Assembly: GCA_001563335.1 (NCBI GenBank)
Contig: LRSL01000055.1
Coordinates: forward strand, 1 to 64,000
DNA from: Candidatus Thorarchaeota archaeon SMTZ1-45
Lineage (GTDB): Archaea; Asgardarchaeota; Thorarchaeia; Thorarchaeales; Thorarchaeaceae
Direction: 5' to 3'
Length of the DNA: 64,000 bases
The position numbers were made by a program, and so were the translations under genes. The notes under the pieces were generated by a model. That model was not told where the DNA came from, ran no database searches, and saw nothing but the letters and a program-made list of their open reading frames with translations. Shown piece after piece: positions 20,521-30,607 of the stretch (positions within the stretch are counted from its first letter, which is position 1; every line of letters begins with the position of its first letter).

Positions 20521-22329
20521 CTATTTTGCACTTTCTTGATACAACAGACCAGATTCGGACATCTCTTGAAACAGTGATTGAAACTCGCCTTCCATCTTCC
20601 GCTCTATTGCATCCATTGTTTCATCATACGAGTCCCAAGGTGCAATCTTCATTCTCGCAATGTTATCTAGAACACTGAGCTCTAGGATTCTTCGAACATG
20701 AACACCTAGCTGCACAGCTTCTGTCATCTTCTTTGTGAAGTTGATGATGATTCTCAACATACGATAGGTCTTACCCATAGGAGAGAATGTGTCAATCTCA
20801 TGAAGTGCACTCTGTGTCAGAAAGTCTTCCTTAATCATCCGTGCAGCTTCTAAAACTGCACGTTCAGATTCAGGAAGTGCATCAGGTCCAACAAGCTGTA
20901 CAATCTCTCTTAGTTCTTGATCTTTCTGCAAGAGAGCTAATGCTTCCTTTACTAGCTCTGGCCAGTCATTTCCCATGTTCATTCTTTGCCACTTCTCAAG
21001 AGTACCAAAGTATAGAGAATAGCTTGTCAGAGTGTTAATAGCAGGGAAGAATCTTCGGGCTGCAAGATCCTTATCAAGTGCCCAGAACACTTTAACGATC
21101 CTAAGAGTTGCTTGAGTGACTGGTTCTGAGAAGTCACCTCCAGGGGGTGAAACAGCCCCGCAGATTGTAATTGAGCCAAGTGTTTCTTTAGACCCAAGTG
21201 TCTTCACTCTACCACCACGCTCATAGAACTGAGCTAGTCGTGAACCAAGATAGGCAGGATAGCCCTCTTCAGATGGCAGCTGTCCGAGACGACCTGAAAT
21301 CTCTCGTAGTGCCTCAGCCCAACGGGAGGTTGAATCAGCCATAAGTGCTACGTCAAAGCCTTGGTCTCTGAAATATTCAGCAAGCGTGACAGCTACATAG
21401 ATAGATGCTTCACGCGCTGCCACTGGCATATTAGATGTATTGGCAATCAGAACTGTCCGTTCCATCAGGGGACGACCTGTCTTTGGGTCTTTCAGATGTG
21501 GCCACTCCTCAAGTGCCTCTGTCATCTCATTCCCACGTTCACCACAACCAACATAGACAACAACTTGTGCGTCTGCCCACTTAGCAAACTGATGGAGTGC
21601 GACTGTTTTTCCGGTCCCGAAACCACCTGGGATAGCACCAGTACCACCCTTTGCTTGGGGCATGAATGTATCAATGACGCGCTGTCCCGTCACCAAAGGG
21701 GTATCCATTCCAACACGTTCTTTGAAGGAACGACCCACTCTGACGGGGGTTCTCTGCATCATCATGACATTATGGACATCACCATGTTGATCTTTCACTT
21801 TACAGATAGTTTCATTGACTGTGTACTCGCCCTTCTTAACTATCTCAACAATCTCGCCCTTCACTCCAAAGGGAATGAGAATTCTGGATGTGATGATACC
21901 TGTTTCAGGCACCTCACCAATGATGTCGCCAGGTTCAACATTGTCGCCTACTTTTACGGTGGGATTGAACTCCCATTTCTTCTCTTTGTTAAGACCTTCA
22001 ACACTGAGCCCTCTTGTTATGAAGTCACCAGACATTTCTCGTAGGTCGGGTAGTGGTCTCTGAATACCATCATAGATTGATCCCAGAAGACCAGGTCCAA
22101 GTTCTACTGAAAGAGAGTCCCCTGTGGCTTCAACTGGCTCACCAGGAGCAACACCAGATGTTTCCTCATAGACCTGGGCTGTGAACTCTTCTTCTCCAAC
22201 TTCAATCACTTCGCCAATTAGCTTTTGGTGTCCTACTCGCACGACTTCGTACATACGAACAGCAGGAATACCAGAGCACTTGACTACGGGTCCTGCAATA
22301 CTTTCAATACGCCCAGTTTGTCTAGTCAA
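20521..22329 (-). CDS. atpA: A/V-type ATP synthase subunit A
   Basis: [41 protein letters not shown]; no intein-sized insertion. Confidence 0.97.
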   Translation of the reverse strand: MTRQTGRIESIAGPVVKCSGIPAVRMYEVVRVGHQKLIGEVIEVGEEEFTAQVYEETSGVAPGEPVEATGDSLSVELGPGLLGSIYDGIQRPLPDLREMSGDFITRGLSVEGLNKEKKWEFNPTVKVGDNVEPGDIIGEVPETGIITSRILIPFGVKGEIVEIVKKGEYTVNETICKVKDQHGDVHNVMMMQRTPVRVGRSFKERVGMDTPLVTGQRVIDTFMPQAKGGTGAIPGGFGTGKTVALHQFAKWADAQVVVYVGCGERGNEMTEALEEWPHLKDPKTGRPLMERTVLIANTSNMPVAAREASIYVAVTLAEYFRDQGFDVALMADSTSRWAEALREISGRLGQLPSEEGYPAYLGSRLAQFYERGGRVKTLGSKETLGSITICGAVSPPGGDFSEPVTQATLRIVKVFWALDKDLAARRFFPAINTLTSYSLYFGTLEKWQRMNMGNDWPELVKEALALLQKDQELREIVQLVGPDALPESERAVLEAARMIKEDFLTQSALHEIDTFSPMGKTYRMLRIIINFTKKMTEAVQLGVHVRRILELSVLDNIARMKIAPWDSYDETMDAIERKMEGEFQSLFQEMSESGLLYQESAK

Positions 22330-22356
22330 TGTTCATATCTCCAGTTTGGTCTTAGC

Positions 22357-22680
22357 CTAGATGTTAATCTCGATTCCAACAGCTCTGCGAATCAGCTCTT
22401 TTAGCACTGTTTCATAGGCGCCAGTGGTTCCATTTCTGTCTGGTACCAGCAATATAACTGGTATGGGTGATTGTGAGAACTCAACGATTGTATCTTCTAC
22501 TTCCGCAGCTAATGGTTCGGTGATGATGATAAGTCCCATAGCGGGGTCTCTGAAGAACTGATAGAGCAGATCACGGGTTTCCGCTGGAGTTTTTGGAATA
22601 GCACACTCGCTCACACCGACCAACCGAAATCCGGTGACTGTGTCCCTATCACCAATCACTGCAATCTTATCACTCGACAT
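22357..22680 (-). CDS. atpF: A/V-type ATP synthase subunit F
   Basis: KIAVIGD.DTVTGFRLVG ... LIRRAVGI. Start moved to ATG 22680. Confidence 0.92.
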   Translation of the reverse strand: MSSDKIAVIGDRDTVTGFRLVGVSECAIPKTPAETRDLLYQFFRDPAMGLIIITEPLAAEVEDTIVEFSQSPIPVILLVPDRNGTTGAYETVLKELIRRAVGIEINI

Positions 22681-22763
22681 GGTAGATACCACTGTAGTCG
22701 GACTTGGCTCATGCTTTAGCTGTCCACTAAAAAGCATTTGGAATGAACATGATTGATAGAAAT

Positions 22764-23249
22764 CTAACCTGCAAATTGAGTAATGATGTCTTGCTCCTCG
22801 ACAATTGTCCAGCAATACAGACATTTTAGCTGAACAGGGGTTCTAGAAACTACCTCATACTTGCTATGGATTGGTTCGCGCTCTTTATTTGTCACACACC
22901 GCTGATTAGGACATTTAAAGATGTCAGCAATTATCTCAGGTAGCTGAACACGTGTCTTCTTTATGACTTTGAAGTCCTCAATAAGATTGATTGTAGCCTC
23001 TGGTGCGACAAGTGCAATTCGTGCAACCTCTTCTTCTTTGAGAAATCGATGCTCAACTTTCACAATGTCTTTTTTCCCTATCTTTGAACTGGTTATGTTC
23101 ATAGCTAGAGAAACAACATTCCCATCCTTCCCTGTGATTCCTAGAATCTTTAGAACCTCTAGAGCTTTTCCAGCTCTGATATGATCAATCACAGTTCCAT
23201 CATGAATCTTGACAATTCTGATTTTTTCAGTACCAACTTTCTCAGACAT
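22764..23249 (-). CDS. pyrI: Aspartate carbamoyltransferase regulatory chain
   Basis: GTVIDHI, KKDIVKVE, P.ATIN.I, CPN.RCVTN, C.YC. Confidence 0.95.
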   Translation of the reverse strand: MSEKVGTEKIRIVKIHDGTVIDHIRAGKALEVLKILGITGKDGNVVSLAMNITSSKIGKKDIVKVEHRFLKEEEVARIALVAPEATINLIEDFKVIKKTRVQLPEIIADIFKCPNQRCVTNKEREPIHSKYEVVSRTPVQLKCLYCWTIVEEQDIITQFAG

Positions 23250-23388
23250 ATAAGACACACGCAGCTCGTCATATCATTCACCCAGTTTTAGACCTTATCA
23301 TTCAGAGCGCGAAAAACGTTCATCTTCTCAAAGGCGAAGGTTGATATGGACAACCGCTTGAACAGTCCCAGAAAACGGTGGAATTGTC

Positions 23389-24726
23389 TTGGTTTTAGAA
23401 GGTCTAGGAAAGTCACTGAACTCCGCTCTAAAGAGGCTGTTTGGCGCAAGCGTAGTAGACGAGGAACTCGTGAAGGAGCTAGTGAAGGATATCCAACGTG
23501 CATTGCTAGTTGCTGATGTTGATGTCAATCTTGTGATGGCAATAACCAAGAGAGTACAAGAACAAGCATTGGATGAAAGACTGCCAAGAGGTGTGTCCCG
23601 TCGTGAACATATTGTCCGTGTTGTGTGGGACACCTTAGCCTTCTTTCTTGGGGAAAAGACCGTCCCTCTAACAATCAATCCAGGAAAACCCAACCTTGTC
23701 ATGATGGTTGGCATTCAAGGATCTGGTAAAACAACCACAATCGGAAAATTGGCACGTTACTACCAGAAGAGAGGTATCAGGACTGGAGTGATTTGCGCAG
23801 ACAACTTTAGACCTGGAGCATATAATCAATTGAAGCAGTTGGCTGAGAAATCAAATGTGCCCTTCTGGGGAGATGAGAGTGAAAAGGATGCCATAAAACT
23901 AGCAAAGCAAGGCGTCAGAGAGATGCAAAAGAAGGGAATCGAGCTCATCCTCTTGGACACCTCAGGTAGACACAGAGAAGAAACAGGGCTAATCAAGGAG
24001 ATGCGCGATATCTCAAAGAGCGTGAAACCTCAGGAGATTGTGCTTGTAGTAGATGGTACTCTTGGTCAACAGGCAGGGGTCCAAGCGGCTGCATTCAAGA
24101 AAGCCACAGATATTGGATCGATAATAGTGACCAAGCTTGATGGAAGTGCCAAGGGAGGTGGTGCCCTCTCTGCAGTGGCTGCAACTCAAGCACCTATCAA
24201 ATTCATTGGCCTTGGAGAGGGGATGGATGCGATCGAACCTTTCAATCCAACAAAATTTGTTGGACGTCTTCTTGGTATGTCAGACATCCGAGGACTGATT
24301 GAGAAGGTCAAAGAGGCCCAGATAGAGGTTGAAGAAGATGCAGCTAAACGAATCATGAAGGGACAATTCACACTAAAAGACATGATGGCTCAAATGAAGC
24401 AACTCAAAAAGATGGGGCCTATCGGAAAAGTAATGGAGATGTTGGGGCTTCAATACAAACTTCCTGATGGCATTGCTGAGATTCAAGAAGAGAACATGAA
24501 ACGTTGGGAAGTCATTATGAATTCAATGACCAAGGCAGAGCTGGAAGAACCCAAGCTGATCAAATCATCAAGAATCAAGCGTATTGCGAAAGGTTCTGGA
24601 ACCTCTCAGAAGGACGTTAGAGACCTCTTGAAGCAGCATGACCAGATGAAGAAGATGATGAAACACATGGGAAAGCAGCGACGCGGGCGAAAGGGAGCTA
24701 TCCCTGGTTTTCCAGGACTCCAATGA
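23389..24726 (+). CDS. srp54: Signal recognition particle 54 kDa protein
   Basis: [29 protein letters not shown], Met-rich M domain. Confidence 0.97.
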   Translation: MVLEGLGKSLNSALKRLFGASVVDEELVKELVKDIQRALLVADVDVNLVMAITKRVQEQALDERLPRGVSRREHIVRVVWDTLAFFLGEKTVPLTINPGKPNLVMMVGIQGSGKTTTIGKLARYYQKRGIRTGVICADNFRPGAYNQLKQLAEKSNVPFWGDESEKDAIKLAKQGVREMQKKGIELILLDTSGRHREETGLIKEMRDISKSVKPQEIVLVVDGTLGQQAGVQAAAFKKATDIGSIIVTKLDGSAKGGGALSAVAATQAPIKFIGLGEGMDAIEPFNPTKFVGRLLGMSDIRGLIEKVKEAQIEVEEDAAKRIMKGQFTLKDMMAQMKQLKKMGPIGKVMEMLGLQYKLPDGIAEIQEENMKRWEVIMNSMTKAELEEPKLIKSSRIKRIAKGSGTSQKDVRDLLKQHDQMKKMMKHMGKQRRGRKGAIPGFPGLQ

Positions 24727-24750
24727 ATGCATCCATAGGTTACCAAAGTT

Positions 24751-25212
24751 GTGATGCTCATGCGTCATTATCTAGTGAGATTCGAAAAGTTTCCAATAGA
24801 TAAGAGATCTGTAAGAGCAGGTCAAAACAGCCCCGAAGTTGTGACTGCATGCAGATGCATCAATGTTGGACTATTTCTATCAGGAAGCCTTAGGCAAGAC
24901 GTGGCAGTGTCCATAGCAATAGGAGTTCCGGATGATTTGATAGTGATTTCATTTCTTGGAAAATCATTGAGAAGGGTTTCGCCAGAGGAGAGGTCAATTT
25001 CTTTTTTCCTGTTAAAGTCAATTGAAAAGGCGCAGAATCTCAAGATTGATGATATGTTCACTATGGACAATGGAATCGAATTGATACGAGCTTCAAATGA
25101 AAAGATCTTAGAGCTATGGGCCTCTGAAATTATTCAAGTTCCCTCATCCAATCCAGAAAGGTATATTCTCGACACCAACCTGTCTGCAGATAGGATAGAA
25201 AACAAACCATGA
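24751..25212 (+). CDS. TrmY-like (tRNA m1-psi54 methyltransferase) protein, divergent and apparently C-terminally truncated
   Basis: CRCIN.GLFLS.SLR.DV and LRRVSPEERSI match the TrmY N-terminal half; the C-terminal SPOUT knot motifs were not seen. Confidence 0.55.
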   Translation: MMLMRHYLVRFEKFPIDKRSVRAGQNSPEVVTACRCINVGLFLSGSLRQDVAVSIAIGVPDDLIVISFLGKSLRRVSPEERSISFFLLKSIEKAQNLKIDDMFTMDNGIELIRASNEKILELWASEIIQVPSSNPERYILDTNLSADRIENKP

Positions 25213-25273
25213 AGAAAGCTTCATAATCACAGAGTTTCTGTTTTCAGTGAAATCAGCCGATGGGTGTGATTCT

Positions 25274-26449
25274 TTGCCTACCAATGTTACCCCAGAATTC
25301 GACAAGCAGAGGATTATTTACGAGGAAACAGAAGACCTCGCTCAGCGGATAGTAGAGCTTGAAAAACTTCTATCTCTTGCACCTAGACACAAGGGTGCAG
25401 AGAGAATGGTGGGGGACTACAGAAAGAAGTTGGCTACACTCAAAGCTCAGTTTGAGAAGAAACGAGAACAGGAACGTGCGCGTCGAAGTGGTAGTTCAGA
25501 TGAGGGTGTTATACGAAAAGAGGGGGCTGGTCAAATCTGTCTTATTGGCGTCACAAACAGCGGAAAATCATCGCTGATCAATGCAGTCACTAATGCAGAA
25601 TTTGATGTTGGTGACTATCCATTCACAACACCAATTCCCACTCCTGCCATGTTAACTCTGGAGGACATCAATATTCAATTGGTGGAACTTCCAGGCGTCT
25701 TTGAAGGCAGCAATGAAGCAGGAATTGGTCGGCAAGCATTATCCGTAGCTAGAAATACTGATTGTATTGCTCTGGTTATTGACCTCTCTCAGGATATTGA
25801 GCAGCAGATGAGGATTATTCTTGGGGAGTTGGATGCCGCCCGAATTCGTCTTAACAAGGAGAAGTCTGCAATCAGGATTGAGAGAGTTGGTCTGGGGGGT
25901 CATATGATCTACGGTGCCCAGAATTTTCAAGGTGACATTGAAGAGGTCAAGGAATATCTCAAAGCACGTAGAATCACAAACATAATTGTACGGTTTCAAA
26001 AACCAGCCACATTCGAACAGCTAGTTGATGCAATGGACTCAAGTGTTGCATATGTTCGAGCAATGATTATTGCCACAAAGGGTGACGCAGAGGGGTCTGA
26101 GGCTAGATTCAAGGAGCTTGAAGAGAATTACAGCCATCGCTTTGACATAATCCCAACCTCCGCCTTGAGAAAAGAGAATCTTGATGGCATGAGCTGGGCA
26201 TTCTATGAGCATCTTGATATTCTTAGGGTCTATACAAAGATTCCAGGAAAAAAGAGAGAGGACAAACCCATTGTACTTCCTGAGGGTTCAGTAGTTGAGG
26301 ATGCTGCACGAAAGGTGCACAAGGAACTCTTTGTGGAAAGGTTCCGCTCAGCTGTCATACTACGAGACAATGACAAGATCAGGAGGAGAACTGTAGGTCT
26401 CAGTTATCCGCTTCAGGATGGAGATGTATTACAGCTTGCCCACAGGTAG
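25274..26449 (+). CDS. DRG/OBG-family GTPase with TGS domain
   Basis: PTN start, P.HKG.E, GVTNSGKSS, YPFTT, RVYTK.PG, L.DGDVL. TTG start at 25274. Confidence 0.92.
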   Translation: MPTNVTPEFDKQRIIYEETEDLAQRIVELEKLLSLAPRHKGAERMVGDYRKKLATLKAQFEKKREQERARRSGSSDEGVIRKEGAGQICLIGVTNSGKSSLINAVTNAEFDVGDYPFTTPIPTPAMLTLEDINIQLVELPGVFEGSNEAGIGRQALSVARNTDCIALVIDLSQDIEQQMRIILGELDAARIRLNKEKSAIRIERVGLGGHMIYGAQNFQGDIEEVKEYLKARRITNIIVRFQKPATFEQLVDAMDSSVAYVRAMIIATKGDAEGSEARFKELEENYSHRFDIIPTSALRKENLDGMSWAFYEHLDILRVYTKIPGKKREDKPIVLPEGSVVEDAARKVHKELFVERFRSAVILRDNDKIRRRTVGLSYPLQDGDVLQLAHR

Positions 26450-26458
26450 GGATGGCAT

Positions 26459-27196
26459 TTGACAGAGTTTCCAAACCTGGTTGTAGTTCTAGTTGGTCCA
26501 GAGAATCCCGGGAACACCGGGTCTGTGGCCAGAGCTTTAGGGAACTTCGGAGTGAACGAGCTAAGAATAGTTGGGGAAGACCATCGACAGGACCAATTTG
26601 CTCAGATGCTCTCAGTGCACGCTCATGAGATTTTGAACAATGCGGGAGTTTTTAAGAGCCTAGGTTCTGCCCTTGCTGATATTGACTTAGCGTGGGCTGC
26701 AACTGCAAGAACAGGTGGAAATCACAGCGTCACAAGAGCCTTGGTGCCTCTCTCTGAATTGCCTGATCCAAATGCGCTTGAAGGTCGTATTGCACTAGTC
26801 TTTGGAAGAGAGAGTACAGGATTGTTCAACGATGAGATAGCGTTGTGTGACCTTGCCTTTACAATTCCAGCTTCGAAGGAATATCCAAGTCTAAACCTCA
26901 GTCATGCGGTGTCAATTGTACTTTATCATCTGTTCTCAAAATTCGCTCCAGAAGAGCCACGAAGGCCCTATGAGACGCGAGCAGCAACATATCAGGAACG
27001 AGAACAGGTGTACAAATTTTATGATGCTATAGTGGATCATTTGAACCTAAAGGAGCATAAAATCCCAATCGCGAAACAGGTCTTCAGAAATCTTCTAGGA
27101 AGGGCCTATATGACAGGGAGAGAGGTCTCTACACTTACTGGAGTCATCAGACGAATCAGTGAACTTGTAAATGAGCGCGAAAAGCCTGAAGATTAG
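26459..27196 (+). CDS. trmJ: TrmJ/LasT SPOUT RNA methyltransferase
   Basis: PGNTGSVARAL.NFG, ALVFGRE..GL, YPSLNLSHAV. Confidence 0.9.
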   Translation: MTEFPNLVVVLVGPENPGNTGSVARALGNFGVNELRIVGEDHRQDQFAQMLSVHAHEILNNAGVFKSLGSALADIDLAWAATARTGGNHSVTRALVPLSELPDPNALEGRIALVFGRESTGLFNDEIALCDLAFTIPASKEYPSLNLSHAVSIVLYHLFSKFAPEEPRRPYETRAATYQEREQVYKFYDAIVDHLNLKEHKIPIAKQVFRNLLGRAYMTGREVSTLTGVIRRISELVNEREKPED

Positions 27197-27732
27197 TTCC
27201 CATAGCCCATCTTACGTTTCAGTTCAGGGTCAATCTTGTCGAAGACTATCTTGCATGGAGTAGGCATCTTTGGTGCTGCTTTCTTTAGGGCGGTCATTGC
27301 TGGACCTATGTGTCGAGGGTTCACTCTAACTGTAATCAACGGTTGTCCTGGTCGAACTCGTGCGGCGAGCCCTATTACTTTGCCCCATGCCCTTCGCATT
27401 CCATCCTGAACACGGTCTGCACCAGCTCCGGAGATCATCTTATTCTCACGGAGATAGTGGTAGGGTTTGACACGCATCCGCAGGTGATAGTTCTGTCTAC
27501 CTACCTTCTTGGTCATCTCCCTGTTGGAGGCAATACGTGCAGCCTCAAGGGCTTGATGTCTAATCTGGCATCTTTCAAGACCAACCAGGGATAGCTCAAC
27601 CTCAAATACACCGCTTGCGTCACCCATGTCAAAGCTAGTCAATCTGCTAGGGGGCTGTCTATGAATATACCGCCGCCTGACAAATGGCTGTCTATCACAT
27701 TCTCTGTAACAATGACCTGGTCGCTTTCCCAT
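27193..27732 (-). CDS. rpl10e: 50S ribosomal protein L10e/uL16
   Basis: RP.HCYR, ALEAARI, LRENKM..GAGADR..DGMR.AWGK. Confidence 0.96.
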   Translation of the reverse strand: MGKRPGHCYRECDRQPFVRRRYIHRQPPSRLTSFDMGDASGVFEVELSLVGLERCQIRHQALEAARIASNREMTKKVGRQNYHLRMRVKPYHYLRENKMISGAGADRVQDGMRRAWGKVIGLAARVRPGQPLITVRVNPRHIGPAMTALKKAAPKMPTPCKIVFDKIDPELKRKMGYGN

Positions 27733-27816
27733 AATCATCACCAATTGGTCCTTTAGCCTAGTAGCTGGCTAGAACTACTCGAAACCGCGGGGATTCCAAT
27801 AAAAGGATTATGGACT
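27708..27816. repeat. Direct repeat copy 1 (rpl10e first codons plus upstream region)
   Basis: About 80% identical by hand alignment (89/109, 2 gaps) to 34893-34999. Confidence 0.85.
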
Positions 27817-27905
27817 AGACCTTGAAGAAAAGATTGCAATTCGAGAAGGGAGCATTGGTTCGATTCGTCTAGTCAAATGATGACGATAACTGCAGGACTA
27901 GCCCA

Positions 27906-28871
27906 CTAGAGGAGAATAATAGAGCTGCTAAGACCTAAGATGAGAAGTATTATTAGTATTAGGATAATTTCAAGCCACGTTCTATGTTCAATTATCTTTC
28001 TCTTCACATAATGTCTTGTTATTCTGATTTTCTTGTACTGCGCATAGCTGTAAACGGTTAGCGTAGCTGAGAACAGTATTATCCCCGCGGTGACGATTAT
28101 TCTATTTGTTGGGTAATCCCAGAAGCCATTATTGATTGTTCTTAACACTTCAGCTGATTCGGTAACGTGGTTCAACGGATCATATACAACAACCTTCAAA
28201 ACGTACACAGAGTTTTCGTATCGAGTGGTGTCCCAGAGTAGTACACCCTCCAATGTGGTCCCATTGATATCAATCGTTTCATGACAATTAAATGATGATG
28301 TAGCAACAACTGTGTCATTAGCATGGAGTTCGACCATGTAAATAAAAAATCCCTCATCATGCACCCTGAAGCTCACATTTGTGATACCGGTAAGTGGTCC
28401 ATCAGGAATGTGAGTTTCTTGGATTACCGGGCCTTCAATATCCCTTCCAACACGACCCTCAATTGTCGCTGCTGAGTCTGCAAAAGGGACACCGCTAACC
28501 TTGGAAAACCAGACATACCAAGTGTCACTATGTGTTGCTTGGAAGAAAACCATGTTCAACCGACCCTCTTGTGCAGGATAACTATAATCCTCATGCTTAG
28601 TAGTTGGCTCACTCCCATTCATGATGGCATCTTGACCTGCTTGGTCAACAATGAAGAAGTAAATACCTTCTCCATCGATAATCCGAAAACGCGCATATAG
28701 GAGCTCGTCCTGGGTGAAATATAATGAAACATTGTGATACTCCCCGGGGTTTATTGTGAGTAACTCCATGTCCTCAACAAGGTCAGCCGTAACCTCTCCT
28801 GATTCGCAGAAGACTAGACAACATATAACCAAAATACAAAGAATAACCGTCCTACCTGTTGGCAAACACAA
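27906..28871 (-). CDS. Secreted/membrane-anchored protein with Ig-like beta domain
   Basis: N-terminal hydrophobic signal; D..GP.I..P..G..NVSF.V.D..WDT..Y.L.V..YD Ig-like pattern; two C-terminal TM segments. Confidence 0.7.
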   Translation of the reverse strand: MCLPTGRTVILCILVICCLVFCESGEVTADLVEDMELLTINPGEYHNVSLYFTQDELLYARFRIIDGEGIYFFIVDQAGQDAIMNGSEPTTKHEDYSYPAQEGRLNMVFFQATHSDTWYVWFSKVSGVPFADSAATIEGRVGRDIEGPVIQETHIPDGPLTGITNVSFRVHDEGFFIYMVELHANDTVVATSSFNCHETIDINGTTLEGVLLWDTTRYENSVYVLKVVVYDPLNHVTESAEVLRTINNGFWDYPTNRIIVTAGIILFSATLTVYSYAQYKKIRITRHYVKRKIIEHRTWLEIILILIILLILGLSSSIILL

Positions 28872-28962
28872 TCCTCCTACGGAAATAAGAACACATCAGC
28901 TAAATTATCTTTCGACCTCAAAAAAGGAGCTTCTCATTCACCTGTAGTATCAGCCCGCCATA

Positions 28963-29019
28963 CGTTCCTACACGGATGTGTGGCTTCTCGATGATCGGTA
29001 TCTCAAACAACCGGAGTAC
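28963..29019 (+). repeat. Island repeat, copy A
   Basis: 48/57 identical to 32442-32498. Confidence 0.8.
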
Positions 29020-29056
29020 CATCATCTTTCATAAGGATTAACGTACTAACATCATT

Positions 29057-29701
29057 GTGGTTTCAGCTGTTCTCTTGATTCTTGGTCTACTGGTTATCGT
29101 ACTACGAGTCAGCAACATTCACGATGGACAAGCATGTTCTGAAAGAATCTATGACTCCCTATATGACTCATGCACAACACTAAGTTCTGACTCCCCAGTA
29201 GTTGGTCCTAATATCAGCTGGTTTCCTGATCCGAATGTCACTATGGCCATCGATGGCTATTACAATGGTCAGAACCAAGAAATCTTCGATTATTGGGTTT
29301 GGGTAAATGATTCTCTAGGAGTTGACTCTGTGATCTTTCGTTTCAAGTGGAGTAACGACGAAAAGTGGCTGAACAGAACTACTGGATTAATAGAGGGGGA
29401 TGAGTTTCATGGGAGGTACAAAGGGAATCTAACTTGGCCAGCTCCCGGTGGTGGCAATTTTCAGTTCAAGGTATTCGCCAACAATACGTTAGGATACTGG
29501 AATGAAACTAGTCCTATGTCTGTTTGGTTTGGCTACTTGTACTGGAATCCGATTTACACCCCACACTTCTGGATTCTGTTCGTGATTCTTCCACTGGTGT
29601 CATTGATTGGTCTAGTTGGAGTTTGGAAGCTTAGACAAAAACGCACGTTATCTTGGACGCATGTGACATCAGCCCACAAAGGATTATGGACTGTGACCTG
29701 A
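29057..29701 (+). CDS. Membrane-anchored extracellular protein (Ig-like domain, many N-x-S/T sequons)
   Basis: Signal-like N-terminus; V.DS.GVDSV..FKVFANNTLG.WNET; C-terminal TM followed by basic residues. Confidence 0.7.
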   Translation: MVSAVLLILGLLVIVLRVSNIHDGQACSERIYDSLYDSCTTLSSDSPVVGPNISWFPDPNVTMAIDGYYNGQNQEIFDYWVWVNDSLGVDSVIFRFKWSNDEKWLNRTTGLIEGDEFHGRYKGNLTWPAPGGGNFQFKVFANNTLGYWNETSPMSVWFGYLYWNPIYTPHFWILFVILPLVSLIGLVGVWKLRQKRTLSWTHVTSAHKGLWTVT

Positions 29702-29827
29702 GAACAAAGAAATATATCGGGTAAATTCTCAAGTGATTACCACCTTCCTCAAAGAGCATAAATTGATTCATGTCAATGTATTCTGCGTGGCGTGTGCAAG
29801 CACGATTCAGATTTTGGGGGATAAAGA

Positions 29828-30607
29828 TTGAATCCAATTGAGATTAGAAATCTTGTAAAGTCCTATGGTCATTTGATTGCTGTCAATAACCTATCTTTCG
29901 ATGTTCGTGAGGGTGAAATCTATGGTCTACTAGGACCAAACGGTGCTGGGAAGACAACAACCTTGAAAGTTTTGATGGGACTTTTAGATCCTGATTCAGG
30001 AACTGTCAATGTCTTTGGAATCAGTTCGGTTTCTGATCCTATTGAGGTTAAAAAAAGAGTAGGTTATGTTCCTGAAGAACAACTTCTCTATAATTCGTTA
30101 ACATCTCGAGAAATCCTTGAGTTCGTAGCGTCAATTCGTGGCCTCGATTATTTTCATGCAAAAAACCGAGTGACAGAGATGGCTCGTGCACTTGATTTTA
30201 CAAGTCACTATAATAAACCAATTGTGACATTATCTCAAGGGAATAAACAGAAGGCAATGCTTCTCATAGCAATGCTACATGCTCCTGATTTGCTGATACT
30301 CGATGAACCTTTCTCTGGTTTGGATGTTAGAACAACGCGGATAATGAAGGACGTTATTCGTATTCACACAGAAAAAGGTGGATCAGTATTATTAAGTACA
30401 CACATAATGGAGATGGCTGAGGGTCTCTGTGATCGTGTTGGTATTATTGATGAAGGTGTTTTGGTAGCAGAAGGAACTCTGGAGGAGCTTCGGGATCAAG
30501 CAGAATCTGAAGGAGCTACGCTGGAGAATGTATTTCTGAAACTAACAGGTGAAGAGGAGGAAGTCAGAGAGGGCGTCGATGCATTACGGGAGGCTTTGGA
30601 CAATTGA
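29828..30607 (+). CDS. ABC transporter ATP-binding protein (exporter type)
   Basis: GPNGAGKTT, LSQG, LILDEP, STH. Confidence 0.95.
   Translation: MNPIEIRNLVKSYGHLIAVNNLSFDVREGEIYGLLGPNGAGKTTTLKVLMGLLDPDSGTVNVFGISSVSDPIEVKKRVGYVPEEQLLYNSLTSREILEFVASIRGLDYFHAKNRVTEMARALDFTSHYNKPIVTLSQGNKQKAMLLIAMLHAPDLLILDEPFSGLDVRTTRIMKDVIRIHTEKGGSVLLSTHIMEMAEGLCDRVGIIDEGVLVAEGTLEELRDQAESEGATLENVFLKLTGEEEEVREGVDALREALDN

Noticed and set aside
10812-22329. Inteins in Hef or ATPase subunit A
   Set aside because: Lengths are normal and no intein splice or LAGLIDADG motifs were seen.
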